NCBI GenBank assembly: GCA_963663225.1
Contig: OY760142.1
Span: 2,720,001-2,784,000, forward strand
Source: Nitrospirota bacterium
GTDB taxonomy: Bacteria; Nitrospirota; UBA9217
DNA: 64,000 bases
Reading direction: 5' to 3'
A program made the translations under genes and the position numbers. Each line of letters opens with the position of its first letter. The first letter of the stretch is position 1. Shown in pieces: positions 45,367 to 53,523 of the stretch. Under the pieces are notes generated by a model. That model was not told the origin of the DNA. It searched no databases and saw only the letters and a program-made list of their open reading frames with translations.

Positions 45367-45397
45367 AAGGCTGTCTCGTTCTTGTGAGACAGCCTTT
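45367..45397 (+). terminator. Terminator closing the envelope cluster
   Basis: AAGGCTGTCTC/GAGACAGCCTT 11-bp stem. Confidence 0.7.
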
Positions 45398-45417
45398 ACA
45401 TTTTCTGTTGAAATAGC

Positions 45418-45465
45418 TTGACTAGCAGAAAGAACTGGTATATATTTGTTGAAAATGGTTCTCAA
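45418..45465 (+). promoter_or_regulatory. fur-feoB promoter with adjacent Fur box
   Basis: TTGACT-N17-TATATT (45418-45446), then imperfect palindrome TTGAAAATGGTTCTCAA (45449-45465). Confidence 0.8.
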
Positions 45466-45474
45466 TATCAAAAT

Positions 45475-45933
45475 ATGACTAAAAAAGCGTCCGATCAACT
45501 TGCAAAATTTCTCACCGGTCATGGTTTGCGGTCCACAAGCCAGCGAAATGCAATTCTTTCAGCTTTTGTCGATGCGAAAAGGCACATGAGTGCCGAAGAA
45601 CTTTATGCCCAGGTCAAAAAAATGCATCCGGGCATAGGATACGCTACAGTATACCGTACCCTGAAGCTATTGTCGGAAGCAGGCCTTGCCGAGGAGCGAA
45701 GATTCGATGACGGCTTTACCCGGTTTGAATATAAATCCGCCGACAATCACCACGATCACCTTATCTGTACACGATGCGGCGCAATTTTTGAGTTCGAAAA
45801 TGAACGCATTGAAATTCTCCAGCAGGATGTAGCTCGCGAAAAAGACTTTCAAGTCCACAGCCATAAACTGGAATTATACGGCTTATGTTCGGAATGCAGA
45901 AACCGGATTTCACGAGCACGAAAGTCGAAATAA
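45475..45933 (+). CDS. fur: Fur family transcriptional regulator
   Basis: TSQRNAIL, HMSAEEL, GYATVYRTLK, HHDHLICTRCG, YGLCSEC; ORF-track TTG start is the -35 box, so ATG 45475 is preferred. Confidence 0.92.
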   Translation: MTKKASDQLAKFLTGHGLRSTSQRNAILSAFVDAKRHMSAEELYAQVKKMHPGIGYATVYRTLKLLSEAGLAEERRFDDGFTRFEYKSADNHHDHLICTRCGAIFEFENERIEILQQDVAREKDFQVHSHKLELYGLCSECRNRISRARKSK

Positions 45934-45968
45934 AGCTGCTGGATTCTTCTTAAACGAGGTTTTAGAGT

Positions 45969-47954
45969 ATGCATGATCATAGTATGGACAACAAGGACCG
46001 TCGACAAGATTCCAATCTGAATAAAATTCTTTTGATCGGCAATCCCAATGTCGGGAAAAGTGCGCTCTTCGGTTTGTTGACCGGAAAGTATGTCACGGTG
46101 TCGAACTATCCGGGGACGACCGTTGAAGTAACATATGGAAACGCGGTTTTGAATAAAACAAGGACCCTGGTGATCGATACCCCCGGTGTGAACAGTCTTG
46201 TCCCAATGTCGGAAGATGAAAAAGTGACCCGGGACATGCTGCTTTCTGAACGGGTCAATGTCGTTGTCCAGGTCGCCGACACCAAAAATCTTCGCCGCGG
46301 GCTGCTCATCACGCTTCAACTTGCCGAGATGGGGGTGCCGTTTCTCCTTGACCTCAACATGGATGATGAGGCAAAAAGTCAGGGTATTATTGTCGATCAG
46401 GATCTGCTCTCGAAAATTCTCGGCATTGAAGTCATTAAAACGGTCGCAATCAGAAAAAGCGGTATCGATAAGCTTCTCAAAGGTATTCAACAGCCCCGCG
46501 TGTCTTCTTTGGAGGCTCGGTATGATCCTGCCATCGAAACTGCGGCAAATGATATTGCCGCTTTGTTGCCGGAGGCGCCGGTCTCGCGCCGGTCTCTTGC
46601 GTTTATGATTTTGGCAGGTGATGAAAGCCTCAAAAACTGGCTCCATACGCACGTCCAGGAACATATCATCAAAAAAATCGAACAGTTTCGTCAGGATGTG
46701 CAATCGCAATTCAATAATTCGCTTGGTTTTTTGATTAACAATGCGCGTCTAAAACGGGCAGATGAGATTATTGCTCAGGTCATGACCCGCCATGGTGACG
46801 GAGGTCGGTCGACGATTGCTTCTCGCCTCGGTAGCTGGTCCATGCATCCAATCTACGGTTTGCCGATTCTTGGGATCGTCCTGTATCTTGTATATCAATT
46901 TGTGGGAGTGCTGGGGGCGGGGATAGCCGTTAATTTTCTCGAAAAGACGGTTTTTGGAGATTACCTGAACCCCTGGAGCGCAAAGCTCGTGGACCTGATT
47001 TTTCCGCTTCCTTTCTTGCATGATCTCCTGGTTGGCGATTATGGGCTGATCACCATGGCTCTTACGTATGCCATCGCAATCGTGTTGCCGATTGTGGGTT
47101 TTTTCTTTATTGCGTTCGGCATTCTAGAAGATTCCGGGTATTTGCCGAGGCTCGCCGTTATGGTGAACAAAGTTTTTAAAATCATGGGATTAAACGGAAA
47201 AGCTGTGCTCCCGATGATCCTCGGCCTCGGATGCGATACGATGGCCACGCTGACCACGCGTATCCTCGAAACAAATAAAGAACGCATTCTGGTGACGCTT
47301 CTTCTTGCGCTCGGCGTACCCTGCTCAGCACAACTCGGCGTGGTTCTGGGGATGATATCCGGAATATCAGGATTTGCAACCGCCGTTTGGCTTGGCAGCA
47401 TAGTTCTCACCATGCTTCTGGTGGGATATGCCGCATCCAAAATTGTTCCTGGAGAGCCGTCGGATTTTATTCTGGAGTTGCCTCCTATTCGGAGACCGCA
47501 ATTTATGAATATTGTGGTAAAAACGCTTGCGCGGGTGGAGTGGTATCTGAAAGAGGCAGTGCCGTTGTTTGTTCTCGGAACCTTGATTCTGTTTGTAAGC
47601 CATAAAATCGGCGCGCTTGATTATATTCAAAAGCTGACCGATCCGCTTGTTGTAGGACTGCTGGGGCTCCCGAGCAAGGCCGCTGAAGCTTTTGTGATCG
47701 GTTTTCTGAGAAGAGATTATGGAGCAGCGGGTCTCTTCGTAATGGCGCGACAAGGTTTATTGGACCAGATTCAGATTGTGGTGAGTCTTGTGGTCATTAC
47801 TCTCTTTGTGCCATGTATCGCCAATTTTTTCATGATGGTGAAAGAGCGCGGATTGAAGATAGCGATGTATATGCTCCTATTCATTCTTCCGTTTGCATTT
47901 GCTGCCGGAGCCCTGCTGAACTGGACCCTCAGGACATTTAAGGTGACACTATAG
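45969..47954 (+). CDS. feoB: Ferrous iron transporter FeoB
   Basis: GNPNVGKS, NYPGTTV, DTPG, NMDD, LEDSGYLPR, PCSAQ, FILELPP. Confidence 0.95.
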   Translation: MHDHSMDNKDRRQDSNLNKILLIGNPNVGKSALFGLLTGKYVTVSNYPGTTVEVTYGNAVLNKTRTLVIDTPGVNSLVPMSEDEKVTRDMLLSERVNVVVQVADTKNLRRGLLITLQLAEMGVPFLLDLNMDDEAKSQGIIVDQDLLSKILGIEVIKTVAIRKSGIDKLLKGIQQPRVSSLEARYDPAIETAANDIAALLPEAPVSRRSLAFMILAGDESLKNWLHTHVQEHIIKKIEQFRQDVQSQFNNSLGFLINNARLKRADEIIAQVMTRHGDGGRSTIASRLGSWSMHPIYGLPILGIVLYLVYQFVGVLGAGIAVNFLEKTVFGDYLNPWSAKLVDLIFPLPFLHDLLVGDYGLITMALTYAIAIVLPIVGFFFIAFGILEDSGYLPRLAVMVNKVFKIMGLNGKAVLPMILGLGCDTMATLTTRILETNKERILVTLLLALGVPCSAQLGVVLGMISGISGFATAVWLGSIVLTMLLVGYAASKIVPGEPSDFILELPPIRRPQFMNIVVKTLARVEWYLKEAVPLFVLGTLILFVSHKIGALDYIQKLTDPLVVGLLGLPSKAAEAFVIGFLRRDYGAAGLFVMARQGLLDQIQIVVSLVVITLFVPCIANFFMMVKERGLKIAMYMLLFILPFAFAAGALLNWTLRTFKVTL

Positions 47955-48002
47955 AAAAACAAAACAGTTATTTTCAGCATTTCACGTTTAAAAGGAGATC
48001 GT

Positions 48003-48710
48003 ATGCAGGAAAATCAGGGACAACGGGGTGGCGAAGGCAAAACAGGACATCCTGCTCTTTGCGTGCTGCCTGAGATAGAAAAAGAAGACGAGCTTTTAGA
48101 AACCATTTGGGTGCTCAAGGAAGATGGAAAACTTGGTTTTCAGCAAGTACTTCATCGCTGCACCATTCCTGATTGCGATGCCGTTTTGAAAAGACTGGCG
48201 AAACACGGATGGATTGAAGTCAAAAAAGAAACAATCGGTTTTCTTCCGAAAGGTGAAGAACGTGCCCGGGAACTGGTCCGCAGGCACCGTCTTTCTTTGC
48301 GGCTGTTCTACGATCTTTTTGCGCTAGACGGCGCGGAAGCGGAAGCGTGCAAGTTCGAACATATTCTTTCACCTGAAGTAACAGATAGCGTGTGTACGCT
48401 CCTGGGGCATCCTCCTAACTCGCCGGATGGAAAGCCCATACCGCGCGGTCAATGCTGCGCTATGTTTAAGCGGGAAGTAAAGCCTCTGGTGATACCGCTT
48501 ACAGATCTCATGCCGGGTGAAAATGCAAAAATAGTGTTTATTACACCCGAATCTCATTCACGTCTCGACAGGCTCTCCGCCATGGGAGTTGTTCCCGGCA
48601 CAGTTGTCAAGCTCCACCAGAAAAGCCCTTCTTACGTGATCCAAATAAGCGAGACCATGATCGCAGTGGATAAAGATATTACCAAAGAGATTTTTGTCAA
48701 AAAAATTTAA
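48003..48710 (+). CDS. DtxR/MntR-like metal regulator fused to a FeoA domain
   Basis: RRHRLS, EACKFEHILS, LGHPPNSPDGKPIP; C-terminal RLSAMGVVPGTVV. Confidence 0.85.
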   Translation: MQENQGQRGGEGKTGHPALCVLPEIEKEDELLETIWVLKEDGKLGFQQVLHRCTIPDCDAVLKRLAKHGWIEVKKETIGFLPKGEERARELVRRHRLSLRLFYDLFALDGAEAEACKFEHILSPEVTDSVCTLLGHPPNSPDGKPIPRGQCCAMFKREVKPLVIPLTDLMPGENAKIVFITPESHSRLDRLSAMGVVPGTVVKLHQKSPSYVIQISETMIAVDKDITKEIFVKKI

Positions 48711-48765
48711 TGATTCATCATATGTGTTGCTTGACAGGTGTTCTTTTGTGGTTTATTATTGATCT

Positions 48766-49296
48766 ATGAATAAAATAATTGATGGATTTTCACTTCAGGA
48801 CCTCATTCTTGTCATCGGCATGCAGTCGCGATCAGGTGAGCTTCTTTTTGAATCCGACAACAACATCGGCACCATGCTTTTTTATAAAGGCAATATCCTG
48901 CATGCTTCATCTCCCTATTCACGTGCAATTGGCGATCTTCTTGTGGAAGCAGGTGCAATCACGGACAACGACCTGATTGAAATACTGATGCTTCAGAAAA
49001 AAAAGCACAGTGCGCCGCTTGGAAGTATGCTCATCAAAAGCCGGAATATTTCATACGAAACTATCGAAAAGATGGTGTGCGAACAGATAAAGCAGGCAGT
49101 GGCTGAATTTCAACACTGGAAAAACTTGAGCTTCAGTTTTCTTGATAGGGATATAAAGCCTTTTGACAGCATTCATCTGCCGATTCTTACTTTTATCCGG
49201 TCGGAAACCATAAATGCCGCGGTGCACTTTTTGACAAACAATGCCCATTTTCGGAATTATACGCCTTCCCAAACTGACACGTTTCCCATACAGTAA
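48766..49296 (+). CDS. DUF4388-like domain protein
   Basis: FSLQDLILVI..SRSGEL..GTMLFYKGNILHA; IGDLLV, LGSML; FSF. Confidence 0.65.
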   Translation: MNKIIDGFSLQDLILVIGMQSRSGELLFESDNNIGTMLFYKGNILHASSPYSRAIGDLLVEAGAITDNDLIEILMLQKKKHSAPLGSMLIKSRNISYETIEKMVCEQIKQAVAEFQHWKNLSFSFLDRDIKPFDSIHLPILTFIRSETINAAVHFLTNNAHFRNYTPSQTDTFPIQ

Positions 49297-49300
49297 CCGA

Positions 49301-49864
49301 TTATTCGCAGATTTGGTCTCTTCTGCAAGCAGGGGAGTGAAGTGTGGATCTCAACAAATCCCGTGCACTCCCAAACAGCGCCCGGTATTGGTCAGTTGCA
49401 TAGTCCGGGTAGGTGTAATCGCAAGCCGTATATTGATGATTCCTGATGTTGTATTTAAGGGTGACTTCGGCATATATATTTAAACCGATATAGATGCGAT
49501 GCGAGTAGTCTTTGGTCGTCGCAAGCACGACTTTTGCTTCCGTAACATATCCCGGATCCAGATTAATTCTCCTCCGCAGTCCGTTATCTGCAGAAATGGA
49601 AAATTTTTTTTCAATCATAATTGCAAAATTTTTTATCTTCGGCAGTTCCGCCGGATCAATTAATTCATTAAAAAAAATGAATCTTCTGACAATACCATCT
49701 CCCAGTTCATTCCGATAGTAATTCGTCATGTTCCATGGCAACGGCAGGCTTTCATAATCGAGCGGGCCGTATTCTTTAGAAAAGATATCAGTACATAATT
49801 GGAACAGTTCCGGGGCTGAGGAAAGCATGCCGATAAACAACTTTACGGGCAGTGGTTTTTTCAT
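49301..49864 (-). CDS. DUF4416-like protein
   Basis: TNYYRNELG, RRINLDPGY, VLATTKDYSHRIY, YAEVTL, TYPDY. Confidence 0.75.
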   Translation of the reverse strand: MKKPLPVKLFIGMLSSAPELFQLCTDIFSKEYGPLDYESLPLPWNMTNYYRNELGDGIVRRFIFFNELIDPAELPKIKNFAIMIEKKFSISADNGLRRRINLDPGYVTEAKVVLATTKDYSHRIYIGLNIYAEVTLKYNIRNHQYTACDYTYPDYATDQYRALFGSARDLLRSTLHSPACRRDQICE

Positions 49865-49885
49865 ATTATCACAGAGTTTTTTCTG

Positions 49886-50797
49886 CTATTGTATGAGATA
49901 TTTGGACAGTCCGGCCGGACCGTTAAGCGGTAGCTCGAGAATTATTTCAGCTTTTCCATTTTCCAGCTCGCGCTCGCTGACTACCGTATAGCCTTTGATA
50001 AAACCCGTTATTCTGGAAGCGAAGTTTTTATCTGCCATGGCAGTTTTAACATTTGTATCGGCATCTATCCGGATCTGCTCGATGATTCTGAGCAGGTTTC
50101 TCTGCGCGTCGGCAAGAGCTGCGCGCCGTGCCATGGCTTTCCGTATGCTCTCGTTTGCCGTTTGCTCCGGTGGAATGCCGAAACCGGTTGCACGGATTTT
50201 GCCCGACGCCCAGTCAATGCCATCTATAGGGCTGATAGGGACAAGGACCGCATTTTGTTCTAATTTCTGGTTTTCCGTGATTACCACTTGTGCAGTGTCA
50301 TCTGCATAGCCCGGTGCGTTCGCCTGCAGAACATATGCTCCCGCAGGCAGCTCCTTAAATTCATATTTCCCCTCAGTGTCGACTTTTGCTGCAGCGCGTT
50401 CCTTTCCTTCATAGAGCAATTTGATTTCTGTATTTGGGCGCGGAGGTATGACTTTACCGGATAAGATAGCTTTGCCGCTGAATGGTGTAAGTTCAATAGG
50501 GTGCAACTGCGACGTCTCACCAGGCTTAACGATGATATTTGCAAAGGTAAGAGGATAAGACGAGTTTGAAGAAGATATACTGATGGTGTAAGTTCCGGCG
50601 GCGAGGGGAAGCTTGAATTTTCCATTCAACTCATCTGCTGCAACAGCATAAATTATTTTACCATCCTGCATTGCTGCAACCTTGATTGACTTTCCAGGGG
50701 GAACGATTGTTCCTTCAATAGATCCTTGCTGGCTCGTTTGACAGGAACACAAAAAAACAAGCAGAAGCACCTTGAAAAAATAAGGAAGTCGCACCAT
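49886..50797 (-). CDS. Lipoprotein with two carboxypeptidase-regulatory-like domains and a C-terminal LPP20-like domain (paralog C)
   Basis: Lipobox LCSC; GKYEFKELPAGAYVL; IDWASGKIRATGFGIPP...AMARRAALADAQRNLL. Confidence 0.7.
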   Translation of the reverse strand: MVRLPYFFKVLLLVFLCSCQTSQQGSIEGTIVPPGKSIKVAAMQDGKIIYAVAADELNGKFKLPLAAGTYTISISSSNSSYPLTFANIIVKPGETSQLHPIELTPFSGKAILSGKVIPPRPNTEIKLLYEGKERAAAKVDTEGKYEFKELPAGAYVLQANAPGYADDTAQVVITENQKLEQNAVLVPISPIDGIDWASGKIRATGFGIPPEQTANESIRKAMARRAALADAQRNLLRIIEQIRIDADTNVKTAMADKNFASRITGFIKGYTVVSERELENGKAEIILELPLNGPAGLSKYLIQ

Positions 50798-50905
50798 AAT
50801 TACCTCCGAAAAAATTATATCATAAAAAGTATGGCATTATCCAGAGGAGAACCGCTTCATTTCACGACCCCCTTGACAAAGACAACGGGTTTGCTATAGT
50901 AAGGC

Positions 50906-51307
50906 ATGCAGGTTACCCGAGAAGAAGACTATGGAATAAGAAGTGTTTTATATTTAGCCCGCCACCCGCTCAAAAAGATCAGCTTTATAACCGAAATTTC
51001 AGAATATTCCAAAATACCCAGAAGCTTTCTTGCAAAAATTCTCCAAAAACTGGTCAAAGCGAAGATTGTCCGCTCCTATCGTGGCGTTAAAGGCGGTTTT
51101 TCCCTGGCCAAACAGGCTCGCGAAATTACCGTCCTGGATGTGCTTGAAGCGATTGAAGGAAAACTCGCATTGAATATCTGCACGATAGATAAAAAAAAAT
51201 GCAGTGCCTCAAAGCAGTGTCCCGCTCATGCGTTCTGGGTTAATGCTCAGCTGAAAATGACAGATGTGTTCAAAAAAACGAACTTCGAAGACCTTGCGAA
51301 ACAATGA
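50906..51307 (+). CDS. Rrf2 family regulator with three Cys (probable Fe-S)
   Basis: DYGIRSV, FLAKILQKL, SYRGVKGGF, ITVLDVLEAIEG, C-x6-C-x5-C. Confidence 0.9.
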   Translation: MQVTREEDYGIRSVLYLARHPLKKISFITEISEYSKIPRSFLAKILQKLVKAKIVRSYRGVKGGFSLAKQAREITVLDVLEAIEGKLALNICTIDKKKCSASKQCPAHAFWVNAQLKMTDVFKKTNFEDLAKQ

Positions 51308-51441
51308 CAATCATTGTCTCCTGAACTTCCTGATTTTCTCCTAAACTGTCCTCTGAGTAGCTTCCCGCCATTTGCATTCCATTATGGTAATTATTTTAAA
51401 AAATAGCACCTGACCAATGCGGATAGTGTATGCAAAATGTC

Positions 51442-51496
51442 TTGACACGGTTCAATACCACAGGTAGTATGGCAAATTAATTAAACAGTCAGTTAA
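51442..51496 (+). promoter_or_regulatory. Promoter and probable TetR operator
   Basis: TTGACA-N17-TAGTAT, then imperfect palindrome ATTAAACAGTCAGTTAAT. Confidence 0.65.
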
Positions 51497-51506
51497 TAAA
51501 TACTTC

Positions 51507-52172
51507 ATGCATACATTCAAGAAAAAAATCACGAAGAAAGCCGGTAGACGCCCGCTATCCCAGAAACAGAACGAGGACACCCGTGCCACCATTTTAAACG
51601 CTGCACGGCATGTTTTTGCCCGACGGGGAGTCGACGGCAGCTCTGTTCGGGAAATCGCCGAAATGGCTCATGTGAACAACGCAATGATTTATTATCATTT
51701 CAAAAATAAAACAGATCTTTACCGTGCGGTACTGGGAGATTCTTTTGAAGCCCTGGACTGTATCTGGACGCATGCCATATTCCAAACATCCGCCACCGCA
51801 CGCCAAAAAATACAAAAATACATTGAAGAATTCATCCGTTTTGAACAAACTAATGAAGAATTAAGAAAAATTATATCCATGGAATTCACTGCAAGCGGAA
51901 TGAATACGAGATGGATTGCTGATAACTATTTCAGGCATCACTATCTAAAACTGGTTTCTATACTGAAGAGCGGAATGAAATCCGGTGAATTAAAAAAAAT
52001 TGACCCCACGGTGGCAATTGTATCTCTTTTAGGCATGATTTCTCAAAACTTTATTTCAAAGCCGGTAGCTGAGTATGTAGCCGGGAAAAAAATGGACCTC
52101 TCGGTGGCCCAGTTCGGCAAGTTTATTACCATGGTTTTTTTTGACGGTTTAGCGCAAAAATCCTGTAAATGA
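51507..52172 (+). CDS. TetR/AcrR family regulator
   Basis: ILNAARHVFARRG..SSVREIAEMA..NNAMIYYHFKNKTDLY. Confidence 0.93.
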   Translation: MHTFKKKITKKAGRRPLSQKQNEDTRATILNAARHVFARRGVDGSSVREIAEMAHVNNAMIYYHFKNKTDLYRAVLGDSFEALDCIWTHAIFQTSATARQKIQKYIEEFIRFEQTNEELRKIISMEFTASGMNTRWIADNYFRHHYLKLVSILKSGMKSGELKKIDPTVAIVSLLGMISQNFISKPVAEYVAGKKMDLSVAQFGKFITMVFFDGLAQKSCK

Positions 52173-52194
52173 ACTATAAGGAAAAAATAACAGT

Positions 52195-53502
52195 ATGTCG
52201 CTACAACTATCTCGTCTATTAATAATCGTTTCAGTGTTTCTCATGCCGTTGGTCACGTCGTTCGCCAACGATACCACGGGAATTTATTCTCTTGAAGATG
52301 CCTATTCTGCTGCTCTGAAGTCGAATGAAACATACAAAATATCCGAAGAAAATGTTTTTCAGGCGGACAGCAGAGTTGATCAGGCGCGGAGCTACCTTCT
52401 GCCTCGTCTGACCGGAAAGGCCGGATACACGTGGTTCAATGACACACTTCCTACCAGCGGCGGTCCCATTCTTTTTCAACCCAAGGAGCAGGCACAGGCT
52501 GTTTTGGAACTTACCCAACCGTTGTATACTGGGGGAAGGACGCTTGCCGCATATCGCACCGCGAAACTACAATTAGATTCGAGCAAAAAACAACTTTCTA
52601 CGGCCCAGCAAGACCTTCTTATGAACGTCGCAGATGCTTATTTTGACGTATTAAAGGCAGAGAAACTGACCGCTGTAAGCAAAGACTCTCTTTCCCGCAT
52701 GGAGGAATACAAAAAAGTGACCGATCGGGTCGCTTCTACCCGAAGAACCAAGGCAAATATGTCGGACTTGCTGAGGGCAAGAACCCTGGTAAGTCAGTCG
52801 GGAATTATCGTAACAACCACTGCAGACAGGCTTAAAATTGCCAGGCAAAAACTAAGCTTGTTGACAAAGCTGCCAGAGAATGCCGCCGTAATTGAGCCGC
52901 AATCGTTCCCGGTGCCGTCGCAATCTCTCGATCAGTTGAAACAAACAGCACGGGAGAACCGCGATGATTATATCAACGCTCGACTGAATATGAAAGCGGC
53001 TGAAGAGAACATCACCATTGTCAGAGGCGCCCATTACCCGCAGCTTTCCGCTGTCGGGGGAATTCAATATTCAGATTCGCATCCGATTATGGTGACGGAT
53101 GCCACGGTATATTATGCCGGTCTCCGATTTCAGATTCCTCTTTTCGAGGGTGGATTGATGAAAGCGGAAATTTCCGAAGCAAAATCAAAGTTACGGCAGG
53201 CGGAACTGACGACAGACCAACTCCGTCGAAAAATAGAAACTGATGTGACAGAAGCATACATCAATCTTCAAACACTCATAACGGTCCTGGATAACCTCAA
53301 ACTCCAGTATGCCGACGCGAAGGACAACTATACCGCCATTACCAAATTGTTTGGCGAAGGACTTGTATCGAGTCTTGCGGTCATTGACGCCCAACAGGCC
53401 TTGTACGCGGCGGAACGGGAGTTTGTGAACAGCACGTACGATCTGCAGGTCGCCATTCTCCGTCTTCAGAAGAGCGTCGGCCGACTCAGCAAAAACAATT
53501 GA
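52195..53502 (+). CDS. TolC family outer-membrane efflux protein
   Basis: Signal peptide; LTQPLYTGG, VADAYFDVL, QIPLFEGG. Confidence 0.9.
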   Translation: MSLQLSRLLIIVSVFLMPLVTSFANDTTGIYSLEDAYSAALKSNETYKISEENVFQADSRVDQARSYLLPRLTGKAGYTWFNDTLPTSGGPILFQPKEQAQAVLELTQPLYTGGRTLAAYRTAKLQLDSSKKQLSTAQQDLLMNVADAYFDVLKAEKLTAVSKDSLSRMEEYKKVTDRVASTRRTKANMSDLLRARTLVSQSGIIVTTTADRLKIARQKLSLLTKLPENAAVIEPQSFPVPSQSLDQLKQTARENRDDYINARLNMKAAEENITIVRGAHYPQLSAVGGIQYSDSHPIMVTDATVYYAGLRFQIPLFEGGLMKAEISEAKSKLRQAELTTDQLRRKIETDVTEAYINLQTLITVLDNLKLQYADAKDNYTAITKLFGEGLVSSLAVIDAQQALYAAEREFVNSTYDLQVAILRLQKSVGRLSKNN

Positions 53503-53523
53503 TTTTATCTCAAAAGGATTTTC

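Noticed and set aside
45418-45474. N-terminal extension of Fur in the ORF track
   Set aside because: The TTG is the -35 box; the stretch contains the promoter and Fur box
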